A stretch of 64,000 bases of DNA from Mantamonas sphyraenae STR306 (GCA_026936335.1 JAPMXV010000014.1:1-64000), one strand, 5' to 3'. Numbered from the stretch's first letter, positions 12,749-28,297 are shown. A program made the numbers and translations. The notes: a model not told the origin generated them from the sequence alone.

Positions 12749-12810
12749 CTCGTCTCTCGAATGGGCTTTTTTGGCTGCCTCCACTCTCGCTCCGCCCCAC
12801 CTTTCACAAC

Positions 12811-13830
12811 CAATCCCCCCACCCATCTCACCCCACCCCTCCCTCTCCCACAACCCTCTCCGTCACAATTTCCACTCGCTTTCCCAAACGTCAACGCGTC
12901 GGCTCTCCCGTGCCCTCCTCCTCCCGCTCCCACTCCGCCGCCTCCCTCCGCTCCATTCCCAGCGCCCACGTCGACGTCGTCACCCTTGACGACGACCACC
13001 CCTCCCGCTCTCCATCGCCAACCCCGACTAGCCCCATCTCTGTCCACTCTCTCGCCTCGGCAGACTCAAACTCCGACTCAGCGACTCTGACGCTGACTCT
13101 GACCCCTCTGCAAACCCGCAACCCATCCGCTCCAGCCCCGCCCGCTATGCAACACGTGACTACACCCAAGACGGCGTCCCTCTCATCACCTGGAGAGTCT
13201 CCACCCACTACCACCGCAAACATCTCCGCAGCTCCCTCCTCCCTCGCCGTGCCCTAGCCCACCTCGTCTCCTTTTCCCTTGTTGCTGCAGACTCCACCAT
13301 CCGCGTCCAGCCTCTGGCCGCCTCCCTTTATGCATTCACTCGTGCCCTCCCTCGCCACGCCCGCTTCGACTCTCTCGACGCCCTCACCGTCTTTCTCCTT
13401 CAGCTCCTCCGCGACGACGTCTACCACGACACCACCCACCTCACCCTTCGCCTCCTCTCACCCGATCAATGGATGCGTGCCAGCGTCCACCGCCTCCTCC
13501 GCCTCTGCAAAGCTACCTCGACCACCACTGCCGCCGACTTTGTCCGCCACTGTACATCCACCACTACCACCACCACCCTCCTCCTCCTCCTCCTCCTCCT
13601 CCTCTTTACCCTCTTCACCCTCCTCACCCTCCTCACCCTCCTCATCCGTCCCAGTCACACGCCCCGATCCAAACACCAGCGCCCTCCTCTTCCTCCACGA
13701 GACACGCATCCGAAATCTCGAGGACCAACTGCTACTCCTCCAGGGCAAACTCTCAGACGTCATCGCCTCCCTTCCAGCCGCCCACGACTCTGTTTCCATC
13801 ACCTCTTCCGAAGCCCCCGACGACGAATGA
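12811..13830 (+). CDS. Hypothetical Ser/Pro-rich protein, fragmented by two frame breaks (about 13079 and 13577); start codon not found
   Basis: PKRQR and VDVVTLDDD in frame 1; globular-looking, C-ending-codon segment ARYATRDYTQDGVPLITWRV...LLRLCK in frame 3; coiled coil HETRIRNLEDQLLLLQGKL back in frame 1. Confidence 0.5.
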
Positions 13831-13869
13831 ACCCGATTTCCTGCCCACCCAACCCCCACCAACACAATC

Positions 13870-15631
13870 ATGCAACGCGTCAACACCATTCTCTCCCACC
13901 TCACGGGCACCATCATGTCCATGCCCACGAGTGCCAGCAGTACCTCAACCACATCCACCTCCTCCCGCAGTCACCATCTTCCCACCGACGAATACTACAC
14001 CCGTGACGAGTACGTCGAGCCCGTTCTCGACGTCACCAACCCCGACGACATGCACGATGACTATGATGTCATCATCGTCGGCGCGGGCATCGCTGGCGCT
14101 GCCCTGGCCTATGGTCTGGCCGATAAGCGCCCGGACCTCCGAATCCTCCTCCTCGAGCGCAACATTTCAGAACCCAACCGCATTGTCGGCGAACTTCTCC
14201 AGCCCGGAGGCATCCACTGCCTCTCCAAGCTTGGTCTCGAGGGTATGTCCCCTTTCCTGATGTCCCTCCTGGCCCACAGCCCGTTCCTTGGCCCTCCTTC
14301 GTGCACTTTCCAGCCCCTTCACGAAACATCCGCCGGAGCTAACTCCCGTTGTCCTCCGTTCCCTTCCGCCCGCCACCCACCCAGACACTCTCGTCGGTAT
14401 TGACGCACAGACTGTCTACGGCTACGGCATCTACCTCAACGGCGAGCTCATCCGCCTCTCCTACCCACTCCGCAAGGACGCCCCAGCACACGCCAAGGAA
14501 GGCGAACGAAAGTACACCGAAACCGGCCGCAGTTTCCACTACGGCCGCTTTGTCATGCGCCTCCGCCACAGAGCCTCCCTCATGCCCAACGTACACCTTG
14601 TTCAGGCCTCTGTCAACAGCCTCCTCACAGACGACCAAGAAACAGAGGTCTTTGGCGCCCAGTTCCGCGCCGGCCGCACACAGTATGAACGCACAGCTGC
14701 TCTCACCATCGCCTGCGACGGCTGCTTCTCCACCCTCCGCAAGCACTTTGTTGGCCAGGATCACCGCCCGGCTGGCAAGAGCACCATGGTCGGCCTGGTC
14801 CTCAAAGACGCAACCCCGCCCCTGCCCAACCACGGCCACGTCATGCTCAGCAGCGACGAGACACCCATGCTCGCCTACGCCATCGGTAGCAACGAGCTTC
14901 GCATGCTCATCGACATCCCGGGCAAGCTCCCCTCTGCAAAGACCGGCGAGCTCCACGAATACCTGCGCACACGCACCTACAAGGTTCTCCCCGAAGCCCT
15001 CAAGGAACCATTCCTCCGTGCCATCGACGAAGACAAGCTTCGCACCATGCCCGCAAACTCCCTCAGCGCACGCGTCGACAACGCTCCCCTCAAAGGCGCC
15101 TTTGTTGTCGGCGACGCCTTCAACATGCGCAACCCGCTCACCGGTGGCGGCATGACTGTTGCCCTCAACGACGTTTGCATCCTCCGCGACCAACTCGTCC
15201 AGGTCCGTGACCTCAGCAACCACGCCGCAATCCGCAACGTCTGGGTCCACTTTGTCCAGCAGCGCAAGGCTCTCGCAGGCGTCGTCAACGTCCTTGCACA
15301 GGCCCTCTACGAGGTGTTTTCGGGCAATGCCGCCCCCGAGGCCTCCCACTTGCAAAAGGCCTGCATCGACTACTTCCGCACCGGCGGTGACAACGTGCGC
15401 GGGCCCATCAATCTTCTCTCCGTCCTCGCTCCCGTGCCCGTCCTTCTTTTTTATCACTTTTTCTCCGTTTGCTTCCGTGGCGTCACCAATGTCCTCAGCG
15501 AAGGGCCCACCAATGTTTTCGAGGCCATCCGCACCATCCGCGTCGGCGCACAGATTCTCAAACCCCTTCTCGACCAAAACGGCTACGGTCTCCTCCTACC
15601 CATCCCCGAAGCCATGCTGGGCAAGTTGTGA
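13870..15631 (+). CDS. SQLE: Squalene epoxidase (conventional SQE/ERG1); intron 14243-14384
   Basis: DVIIVGAGIAG, LLERN..EPNRIVGELLQPGG, GRSFHYGRFV, ACDGCFS, GDAFNMRNPLTGGGMTVALND. Confidence 0.96.
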
Positions 15632-15686
15632 CCTCACCACACCGAACAAACATCAACATCATCTCATTTCCATTCCATCCTTTCCC

Positions 15687-17510
15687 TCACAACTTGATCT
15701 GGAAATCCTCCGGCTTCATCGGCACGTTGCGCGCAAATGTAATGGCCTGGTTGCCCCCCTTGATCACCAGCTGCACCTGGTCGCCCGCCGTGCGCACAAA
15801 CAGCCGCGAAAACAGAAACTGATCCATCGACGCGCGCGCCGTGTCGATGCTCTCAAACTGGTCGCACGGCCACAGATCGTCGTTGGGACACAGTGCCCCC
15901 TTGAAATTCTCCTGAGACCACAGCACGTGGCCATACTCTGCCCAGCACGTCGGGAACCGTGCGGCCATTCGTGTGTCACGCAGCGACGACTGCACGCCGA
16001 TGTGGTACAGCAGGTTGTACCGAAACGCAAAGTTCTGCCTTCCCTGCACATACGAGCGTGTCTTGTCGTCCATGCTTGCCATCCACTTGATGATCAGCAG
16101 ATCGGGAGGCTTGATGGCCACCTGGTCCATCAGATACGTCGCCAGCGGGCCCAAGTCCGCGCTTGGCACCATGATGCCGTTCATGCCGTAGCTCAGACGC
16201 ACTGCGCTAAAGTCGGGCTTCACCATGGCCACCTTGCGCAGGATGTAGACCATCGTCTTCAGCGCCCCGGGGCACAGGATAAAGTCGTCCTCCATAAACA
16301 TAAAGTAGTCGCTCATGCCCATGGCGGCCCTGGCCATGCTTGCCACATCGCATGTCTGCTTGCGCACCCTGTGCCCCGGCCTGTCTGTGGGATTGTTCGA
16401 GTCGTCTGGATCGGGCAACTGCGGGTACGGATCAGCATATCCGTCTGTGTTCTCCCGAAACTCAAATGCTGCGTTCGACTCATACTCCTTGCGCAGCCGC
16501 TCAAACACAGGGTGTTGTCCAGGCTTGTTGTTCATCACAAGCACCTTGACACGCAGAGCCCCGGGCTCGTTTGTGTACTCCCTCAATTGGGCCGCCAACG
16601 CCTTGATTGTCCCTATGCACGCCAAACAGGACGACGTCCGTGTCAGCGTTCCCGTTTCCACTCACAACGCACACCCTGTCCCGCCACCCTCTTCTCCCGC
16701 ACCGGAGCCCCGACCCACCTGTGAGGTAATCAATCGCCGCACGCGGCACTGTAGGGATGCCAATCGTCAGAAACGTTGCCTGTCCGTTCCTACTCCATCC
16801 CACAAGTACAATCCAGGTTCCACCGCACACACCCAGCACCCCACCCGCGTCAACGTGTCAGTGCCAAAACCGCCTGCGTATGTCCACTCCTCGCCCTCAC
16901 AATCTCCCTGCACACGTACAAGCCTCGCAGATTGTCTGCCAGGGACAGATAGCTGCCAAATGAGCTCTGCAGGCCATTCATCTGCTTGTACAGGTTCTCA
17001 ATTTTGTACTCCAGCACCGAGTTGGACTTTTCCAAACGTGCTCGTCGCTGCATCTCCACACGCGCGTTCTCCTTGAAAAACTTTGTGTTGGAGCGTGCTC
17101 GCTGCACAACCTCCATGTACTCCAAGTGGTCATTGGCCATGTCCACAAACGATGCATTCAGCTCCTGCATTCCGCCGTCCCGCCCCGGTTGTCAGCGCCC
17201 ATCCCTCTCTCGCCTCGCGCCTCTGCCTGGCCCTCGTTCCCGTGACCCGCCACACGCCCATACAACATCCCACACCCAAGCTCACCTTGTACTTCGTCTG
17301 CAGCAACCTGTACTTTTGTGCCTTCAGCCTGTATGCATGTTGCTCGTGCTCCAGCGTCTGCACGACGCTGCGGTACGACAACGACACGTACACAAAAGTC
17401 ATCCACTGGAGCAGCAGCAGCACCGACAGCAGCAACACCCACGTCGATGTCTTGCGCCACACCGACGTCCCCTGCCCAGCACTCCCCTGCAAATCACCAC
17501 CCGATCGCAT
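15687..17510 (-). CDS. Type II membrane GlcNAc-transferase, GT54/MGAT4-like, with coiled-coil stem; 3 introns
   Basis: N-terminal TM (WVLLLSVLLLLQWMTFVYVSL), coiled stem, FLTIGIPTVPR...DYL, KQTCD, YFMFMEDDF, NLLYHIGVQSS. Confidence 0.78.
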
Positions 17511-17606
17511 CGCGACACAACAAACACTTGCGTCCCGTTGCGCACTCCGCACTCCGTCTGCTGCCATTACACAAACCTTTCCATCTGCATTGCAATGAGT
17601 GTCCCA

Positions 17607-20034
17607 CTACTCCCCACGCGCAGCTGCAATCAACAACGGCAACAACAAACTCGTAAACAGAGCAAGACTCAAGCGAGCCACCGCGGGGCTGATGCGAATG
17701 CCCAACAACCGAACGTATCGGTCCTTGCTGCGGATCACCGTCGCCAGATTCTCCAGCTGGAACGAACACTGCTTCTGCTGCTCCAGTTGGCGCTTGTTGT
17801 ACCGTCCACCGTGGCGCGACACGTACAGTTGCTTGCTGATTGTCTCGGATGCCCTGTAGCGCAGAACCTCCACCAACTTTACGTGGTCACGTTGCCTTGC
17901 GTTTGCCTGCGACCCAATCGTCATGTTGACCAGCAGGAAAGCAACCACCAGAGAGCTGTTCACCAGCACTGCCAAATCGGTGCTCGTCAAACGCGTGCTG
18001 TCCAAGCCCAAGTTCACCAGCATCACAATCAGAAACGCAGACGAGATGACGAGCATCAGGCCCAGCACCGTCTCCAGCCACTCCACCGTCACGGGTTTGC
18101 GGCCCAGCAGCATCTTGCGCACCTTGCTCCACGCGAGCACGTGAAACACGTTCGTTTCCAGATCCAGGTAGTACAGCGACACGGGAAACTTGTACCCGGC
18201 GTACGTGCGCACCAGCACGGGCAGCGAGTGCGTCAGCTGCTCCACCATCAGCACCGTCTGCTTGCGATCCACGAAAAAGTAGCTCAGCCGGATCAAAAAC
18301 GAGTACACAAAGCCAAACAGCAGACCCGAAGACACCATCAGGATGCACTCGATGACCACAAGCTCCACCCCGGCGTTTTCCACCGCAAAGAACGACCCGC
18401 CTCGTGCCAGACGCAACAGCGGCACCTGGAACATCTCAAACAGCACAATAGGCGTCAGCAGCAACGCCGACAGACGGTGTCGAGCAGGCAGCGCAGCACG
18501 GATATCGGTGCGCAGCCGACTGTCCACATTGGCCACAAGGTCCACCAAACGCACGGCGTTGCGTCGTCTGCTCTTCTCCTCTGCGCCCAAGCCACGCTCC
18601 TTGTCTGCCCGCCCCTGCTTCACACGAGCCAGCTCTCCAGCCACATAGCTCTCCACATCCCTGTACTTTGCTGCGTTGCAAGCTTCCGGATCGATGTCGT
18701 ACGAAAACACACCCGGCACCTTGCCCGACATGTCCGTGCTCGTGTTGGTCACCTTGGGTGCCAGCTTGACCAACACCGCTGCAAACACCATCGACACGAT
18801 GCACTGTGCAACCACAGGCAGCACAAGCGTCTCCAGGGCAATCTCTTTCCGAGGCAGGTACACCAGCACACCCTGCAGGAATGCGTATCCAAAGAGGCAG
18901 TAGAACAGCATGAGCATGGCATACACCAGCCAATGCTCCTTGACACTCATCGCACGCTCCCGGTCGCCAAAGAAGAGCGGCGTGAGCACGTACGAGCGGA
19001 ACCAGAGGATGGGCTGCACAAACCTGTTGTTGGCCAGCATCATGATGGGGAACATGATGGGCTCCAGGGCGTACGCCACAAAGTAGATGAAAAAGTAGTA
19101 GATGCGTGTGCGCAGACGGCGCATGCGTGACACCACCTGCCTTGGATCTGGGTGAGAAAACACATTCCCGGCACGCAACGCCGCCTCCTCCACCTGGAAG
19201 CGCAGTTGCGCCCCAAACGCCTCTGTTGGTCGACTCTGCGCTTGTGGCCATGAGCAGGATGCCCGGCTCCGGGGGCTGGAATGTGCGCGTGTCCACCGTG
19301 AACGACGTCTTCTGCAGCGCCGCAGCACGCTGCGTACGAAGTTCTTCATCTTCATCCATGTCCGTGGCGTTCATGGTTTCAAACACGTCAAACACATTGG
19401 CCACCGAGTCCCAGATCCCTGGTTTCCCGTCCTTGCTCCCGTCCTTCATGTTGGCCACCGTGAGCCGTTTCAGTAGTTTGGATCCGCGAGAGATGGACCG
19501 CCGCCCCAGTCCCAGCTTGCTCTCGTCTTCCACTTGCGCCGCAGGCGAATCTCGACTCGACCTTGCCATGTCGGAGGATTCCGTGCGCACTATAGACGTC
19601 TTTGCGTCGTCGCCAGCTTCCTCCATACCCTCCTGCGGCTCCGGCACCGTCGGGTCCGTGGGGTTCGTGGACAAACTCTCGCTTGCCGACCATAGCGACC
19701 CCTCCGAATCCTCGATGTCCAGCCGCACGTGCGTTTCCTTCTCATCCGTGCCGTGCGTCATCTCTGCGGATGCTTCTGTGCCTGTTTCGTCGTCGTACAC
19801 TGTCACATTGATCTCCTGTAGCTCGTTGCCTTCCTGCCTGGCATTTGCCTCTGCCTCCGCCTCCAGCGTGGCCTGCGCTCGCGCTGCGGCTGCGCCCACA
19901 CGCGACAGCGAGTTGAACAGCGACTTTGTTCCCTTGCTCAGCGAGCGCCCGCCGCTGCCACTGCCTGGACGGAATGAGTCGCGTTTATTTGGCGGCGTGC
20001 CTTCACGCGACTCGCGTGCTGGCTGCTGGGACAT
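17607..20034 (-). CDS. Multi-pass membrane protein, PHTF-like / 7TM ion-channel superfamily candidate, with disordered N-terminus; frame break at about 19225
   Basis: ORF 18436-20139 (acidic N-terminus) joins ORF 17607-19355 (7 or more hydrophobic segments). C-terminal pattern ATVIRSKDRYVRLLGIRISPAVARLSLALFTS. Confidence 0.7.
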
Positions 20035-20157
20035 GTGGTTGGCTTGGTGCAACACACGCACACTCGGCACACCGGCACACACTACTGTCAACGAATGCAA
20101 ATCAACACCAGGAAATGGGAAGAACGTCTGCATTGGCAAAGGATTCTTGCTTGTCGC

Positions 20158-22491
<2,334 letters not shown>

Positions 22492-22600
22492 TTTTTCCGG
22501 TGGCTTGCGCGCGCACAGCAGAGGCACGCACGCACCCCTGATCATCCAACTGCATTTTTGCCACCCCGCACCCAACAACCGTACCTCCAACTCCCATGCG

Positions 22601-23533
22601 TCAATCCACAACCACCTCTCCTCCTTGGTCCACATAGTCCGTCCACGAACCGTCATAGAGCTTGAGACGTGACGGATCAACCCCGTCCAGCTCCAGCGCA
22701 AGCATGGCCACCGCAGCCGTCATGCCAGAGCCACACGTGCACACAATGGGCACATCTTGTGCATCGCTTCCCTCCTCCGGATGCAGCACGTCCTTGCCAA
22801 CCACCTGCTCCAGCTCCTTCGCCACCGCCTCCTCGTCCAGCATCATCTGCATGTCCTCGTCCAGCACACGAACAAACGGCAGGTTCAATGCTCCGGGCAT
22901 GTGTCCTGACGGCAACCCCTCCCGCGGCTCAGGCTCCGTGCCCTGGAACCGCCCGCTCGATCGGGCATCCACGACCGTCGCTCCTGCGCTTCCTTTTGCC
23001 AGCACCTCCTTCATCCATGCGTAATCCACCGCCTGGAACACGTCTCGCCTGCTCGCCACATACTTGCTTGGCTCGATCTCCACCTCGCCTTCCTCCACAG
23101 GCAGGCCCAGCGACTGCCAGCGCACAAGACCTCCCTCCAGAACAGACACCGGCTGGTCGGTAAACTGCATCAGCGTGAACCGACCCCGGGGCGACGACAA
23201 CATCCCGCCCTGGTCGTACACCACCAGATGCGTGTCGTTCCGCAAACCCAGCGCGCTCATCGCCTCCTCAAACTGCTCCACGCTCGGAAGCATGTGCGGC
23301 ACCTTGTGTTCCGCTGCCACCTCGTCCTGCGCAAAGAACACTGCGCCTGGAAGGTGTGCCTTGACATACTCCGCCCTCACCTCCTCTGTGCTCTGCTTCA
23401 TCCGCCACGTCGCGTCCACAAGCTGGAACGCCTCCGGATCGGCCTTGATCGCCTCACTCAGCCACTCTGCCTTCAGCAAAGTTTGTTGTCGAATCACAGA
23501 CGGAATGCGCTTGCTCGCTCCAATTGCAGACAT
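22601..23533 (-). CDS. MPST: 3-mercaptopyruvate sulfurtransferase (tandem rhodanese)
   Basis: HLPGAVFF, PHMLP, VDARSSGRFQGTEPEPR, GHMPGA, active site CGSGMTA, LYDGSW. Confidence 0.93.
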   Translation of the reverse strand: MSAIGASKRIPSVIRQQTLLKAEWLSEAIKADPEAFQLVDATWRMKQSTEEVRAEYVKAHLPGAVFFAQDEVAAEHKVPHMLPSVEQFEEAMSALGLRNDTHLVVYDQGGMLSSPRGRFTLMQFTDQPVSVLEGGLVRWQSLGLPVEEGEVEIEPSKYVASRRDVFQAVDYAWMKEVLAKGSAGATVVDARSSGRFQGTEPEPREGLPSGHMPGALNLPFVRVLDEDMQMMLDEEAVAKELEQVVGKDVLHPEEGSDAQDVPIVCTCGSGMTAAVAMLALELDGVDPSRLKLYDGSWTDYVDQGGEVVVD

Positions 23534-23701
23534 CTTCTTGTGCAGAGTTGCACCCCTCCGCGCACACCCTGCCCCTCCCCAGCCCGTACACAATCCACAT
23601 CCATCCCGTTCCCCCGTTTCCCCCTTCTCCAACCCCCTCTTTGCTCTATAGATATCTTCATCCCCACTCCTTCCGCATCCTCACCCAACCTGATCCACTG
23701 C

Positions 23702-24734
23702 ATGTCAAAGCAAAGCGACTTTGACTCCCCGGCCCTGAAGAACCCCGATGCGCTGATCACCTACAAGTCCAAGTATGCAGCCTGTACGTTCATCACGCCT
23801 CTGTTACACCCTCCCACCCTCAATGCCCAACTCACCCTCTTCCACACCCCCGTGCAGCCGACGTTCTTCTCCTGAAAGAGATCTTCGACTCCATGGACCT
23901 CAACGGCGACGGCGTGGTCGACCTCGCCGAGTACACACACAGTCTCGTCGACAAAACAGACCTGGGCGACTTCTCACAGGGCATGTTCCGCAAGATGGTA
24001 CGTTGTGTCCCAGACGACCGTTTTCGGCTGGCCACCTCGTGCTGCGCCCCCTGCTCACCACTCGCCCACATTGCACACAGGACACCGACAACTCGGGCAC
24101 TGTCACCTTCAAAGAACTCCTCATCCTCATGTTCCCGCGCTGCACTGCGCGCGACCTGCGCTTCATGCTTTCCATTGTCCGTTTCTTCTTCTTTCCTTCC
24201 TTCTTCCTGGCCTCCACACACACCTGCACACACCCTCGCGCAACCCCCACTCCCTTCTCACACGGCACACACATTACCTGCCCTCAGGTAACTCCCGTTG
24301 TCGAAGAACCTCCCGAACCCACTCTCAGCAAGGACAGCGTCGACGAGTTGCGGTCCATCTTCAACCACTTTGACAGCGACGGATCAGGCAGCATCTCCAT
24401 CGACGAGCTGCGTGAGTTTATGCGCAGCACAGGTGAGGAACCCACTGCTCTCCAGGTCCAAGAGTACTTCTCCATGCTCGACGAAGACAGCAGCGGCCAC
24501 ATCACCTTTGACGAGTTCATCAACATGCTCGCAGAGGTCTACCTGCCCCAGACAACGCGCTCCAAGAAGACTTTTGATCCCAAACAGTACGAACAAATGT
24601 ATGAAGAGGAGAGGCAACGGGAACTCGAGCAGCAGCGCACCACCCAAAGCAAACCTCGCAAGAAGAAGCCAGTCAAGCGCAAGGTGTATCAATATGGCAA
24701 CTACGAGGACGATGACGACCTCGACGGACGCTGA
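23702..24734 (+). CDS. Four-EF-hand calcium-binding protein (calmodulin/centrin-like) with charged tail; 3 introns
   Basis: DLNGDGVVDLAE, DTDNSGTVTFKE, DSDGSGSISIDE and DEDSSGHITFDE loops linked by phase-compatible GT-AG introns. Confidence 0.88.
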
Positions 24735-24832
24735 CACGCACACACAGACACACAACGACAACGCAGTTGCATCATCTCACCTCACACCCAATAAAACAGA
24801 AGAACGAAGATCAAATCCATTTCGCCACCCAC

Positions 24833-25643
24833 CTACACCGTGTGACGGTCAGCCATGGCACGCACAATTGGGCCATAGCTGTACTCCTTGAAGATGGCTG
24901 CGTGCCACTTGAGCATCTTGCCGCTCTCGTAGTTGTTGGCCAGAGCCTTGTACACGTACTTCATAAGCGTGTCCACCTGATCCTGGTTCAGATCTGCCAC
25001 CGCGTCCTCGATGCTTCGGTCGCCAATGCCGCCCATCACCTTGAACACTGCTGTCGTCATGTCGTCCTGTGTCGTTGTGTGCACACATTCATCCCGCACC
25101 CTCTCTGTGTCAGCCTCCACCGCCCGTTTTCCAACCACCACCCCTCTCCACCCTCCAATTTCCCTCGCCCCACTTTCTCCCTCCCTTCTCCGTCTCCTAC
25201 CTTGATGCTCTCGTCACCGGCCAGCACAGGTGGGTCGTCCAGAGCAATCGGCAACGCTGCCTTGGCCTTTCCGCTGCACAAGTGTTCAGCCACACGTGTG
25301 TCGCCTTCCGTGTCAGAGGGTGCCTCCATTCCCCTCTCAAAAAAAAAAGCTGCGGCCCACTCCCCTCCCTTTTCCTTGCTTCCCACTCTGCTTCAACACA
25401 GAATTCTCATTCTCCTGCGTCGCCCATGTACTCTTCCAAGTGCCTGCGCCTGTGCCCTGTTTCCATCCTCGTCCCCTCATGTCTCCGGCTCCCTCCGCGA
25501 GCTTACCTCGTGGCCATCTGCGTCACCTCAGCAACCTTGGCGTCCACAGCAGAGCGCAGCTCGCCGTCGTTCTGGCCCACTTCCACGTCCCACTGGTGCT
25601 CCTCCATATCCTCTTCCTCCTCGTGCTTGTCCTTGCTGCTCAT
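24833..25643 (-). CDS. ARPC5: Arp2/3 complex subunit 5 (p16-Arc); 2 introns
   Basis: AL..ALDDPP, L..DQVDTLMKYVYKAL, MLKWH, G.IVRAMADRHTV C-terminus. Confidence 0.92.
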
Positions 25644-25855
25644 TGCTTCGTACAGATGTTTTGTGTGCTCAGCGCGCACGCGCTGCCACCCCGAACAGCC
25701 CACTCTCAAAGTTCGTTTGCCCCCCTGCGTCCCCAAACACGCACACACTCTTCTTCCAAACCTACTCACACCGTCCATTGCCGCCTCATCCCCACTCCAC
25801 TCCCTTGCTCCCTCTGTCGCCTGTGCCTCCCTCTCGTCTCCCACCCACAGACTCA

Positions 25856-27124
25856 ATGTTTGTGCGCACAGCCCGCAAAAGCTCTCTCGCCACGGCCTCG
25901 CAGCAGACGCTGGCCGCTCGCACCATGAGCACCTCCAACAAGCCCCACGTGCTCATCAACGCCGACACCAAGGTCATTTGCCAAGGTACGCAATGATCCT
26001 CGCCTTCCGCCTGTCCTCCTGCGCCCGTATCCTGCCTGCGAGCCTGTTCTGACACGCGCCCCTCCCGAAAAAAATACTCACCGATCGTCATCCGCCGCAG
26101 GTCTCACGGGCAAGCAGGGCACCTTCCACACCCAGCAGGCCATTGAGTACGGCACCAAGATGGTTGGCGGCGTCTCCCCAAACAAGGGAGGCCAGGAGCA
26201 CCTCGGTCTGCCCATTTTCAACGACGTTCAGGAGGTACGCCCCACGGACCCCTCGCATTGCCCCCCTTCCTCTGCCTTTCGCACTCTCCCGCACGCTGGC
26301 CAGCTCCCTCATCCTTTTTGCTGCTTCCCCTCCACATCGTCCACTCACACTGTTTGTCCTTGTGTGTGCACGTGCCCCCTGCCTTGACCCTGTCTCTACC
26401 CCTCTCTCCGCAGGCAAAGGAGGCTACCCAGGCCGACGCCAGTGTCATCTACGTCCCCCCGCCCTTTGCTGCCGCCGCCATCATGGAGGCCATCGAGGCT
26501 GAGATCGGTCTGGTTGTGGCCATCACCGAGGGCATCCCGCAGCAGGACATGGTGCGTGTCAAGCACGCTCTGCGCGGCAGCAAGACCCGCCTCATTGGCC
26601 CCAACTGCCCGGGCATCATCAAGCCTGGCGAGTGCAAGATCGGCATCATGCCCGGCCACATCCACACCAAGGGCCGCATCGGCGTCGTGTCGCGCTCAGG
26701 CACCCTCACTTATGAGGCCGTCGCACAGACCACTGCCAACGGCCTCGGCCAGAGCACCTGTGTCGGTATCGGTGGTGACCCCTTCAACGGCACCAACTTT
26801 ATCGATTGCATCGACCTCTTCATCAACGACCCGCAGACAGAGGCCATTGTCATGATTGGCGAGATCGGTGGCAGCGCAGAGGAGGACGCCGCCCAGTTTA
26901 TTGCCGACAGCGGCACCGACAAGCCCGTCGTTGCCTTCATTGCCGGTCTCACTGCCCCGCCTGGCCGCCGCATGGGCCACGCCGGCGCCATCGTCGCAGG
27001 TGGCAAGGGTGGCGCCACCGACAAGATTGCCGCACTCAAGGAGGCTGGCGTCACCGTCTCTGAGAACCCGGCCAAGATTGGTGAGACCATGTACAAGGTC
27101 ATGGAGGAGCGTGGTATGCTGTGA
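25856..27124 (+). CDS. SUCLG1: Succinyl-CoA ligase alpha subunit; 2 coding introns
   Basis: [41 protein letters not shown], phospho-His motif RRMGHAGA. Confidence 0.97.
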
Positions 27125-27192
27125 TTGTGATGGCACAGCACCAACAAACAAATGAAGCAGACTTTGCCCCTTGGAATTCCATTTTCTCCCCT

Positions 27193-28136
27193 TCACTCCG
27201 TGTACAGTCCAAACACCATGGCTGTCATCCACATGGTTTGCTGCATGACCCATGTCCGTTCATACGCAGCCCGTCCACCATAGTGTGCACCCGAAAGCGC
27301 CCCAACCTCCCGTGTCAGCCTACTCGTCCCCAATACTCTTTCCCTGCACGCACGTCCACAACGCCACTTACGCTTTGGCCCGAGTAGGACGCCTGGCCGT
27401 CGGTTTCAGACATCCACAATGCGCGCGAGCTGACATTCAGACCCTGTCCCTCGATTGAACCGCACTGCACCTCCACCACCAGCTTGTATCGCTCGTATCC
27501 CTTGGCTGTATGAGCGTGTGCGTGTGCGTGTGCGTGTGTTTGTGTGTGCATGCACCCCATCATGTTGCCCATTCAACCGTGTGTCCCGTCCCCACGTCGT
27601 TTGCGGCTGTGTGAGTCTTGCAGGCCAACGCGCTCCAACGCTCGCCCCACGTCTTTTCGCCCTTCTGCGACCTCCTTGCACCACTCATGTGCCATATACA
27701 CCGCGCATAGGCTGCTCTGCATGCATGTGCACTTATTCCCAAAGTCCATTCTGTGTGGCAGGGCGCATTCCAGCACCTGCGAGCCTCCCTTTCCGGCAAA
27801 ACGGTAACCTCCCTGCACCACCCACCTTTCACGGCCTGCAGGATGTCGTTGGACACCTGCTGGATCAGCGACGGCGCCTCCTCTGGGTCATACTCCCTGT
27901 CGGCAATCGCTGCGTCCACATACTCGCTCACGATGCCCTCCACCGCGCTCGCGTTGAACCTGAAGGTGGCGTCAGTTGCGGCACTGCGCTCTCCCTTTGC
28001 CCCGCTCTCACTTGGCCCGAACCTACTCCTTGCCCTTCTTTGGCTCCATGATGTATGTGTTTTCGTACAATTGCTGCGGTACCACCGAGTCCGCATACGA
28101 GCTCGAGTCGCCAGCATCCGACGCCATGTCCGTCAT
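27193..28136 (-). CDS. DYNLT2B: Tctex2-type dynein light chain (TCTEX1D2-like); 3 introns
   Basis: YENTYIMEP, FNASAVEGIV, RYKLVVEV....GQG....SRALW..TD, terminal VFGLYTE. Confidence 0.85.
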
Positions 28137-28297
28137 CTCGCGCCCTTTCTGTTGTTGCCACCCTCGCACATGCCCCATGCTCTCCACACCGCACTGATTG
28201 ATCCGGCATCCCGTTCACCATGACCCCCTCTTCTCCATCCACCCTCCTTCCTGTCCCCATCTTCTCTCCACACATGCGCATCCCCATCCAGCGGAAC

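Noticed and set aside
13255-13257. In-frame TAG between two Ser/Pro-rich ORFs as evidence of recoding
   Set aside because: A different frame is open and more protein-like across this point, so the TAG is probably out of frame.
25711-25850. CACAG acceptor 5 nt before the SUCLG1 ATG as a trans-splice site
   Set aside because: A plausible cis donor (GTTCGT at 25711) lies upstream, so a 5' UTR intron explains it.
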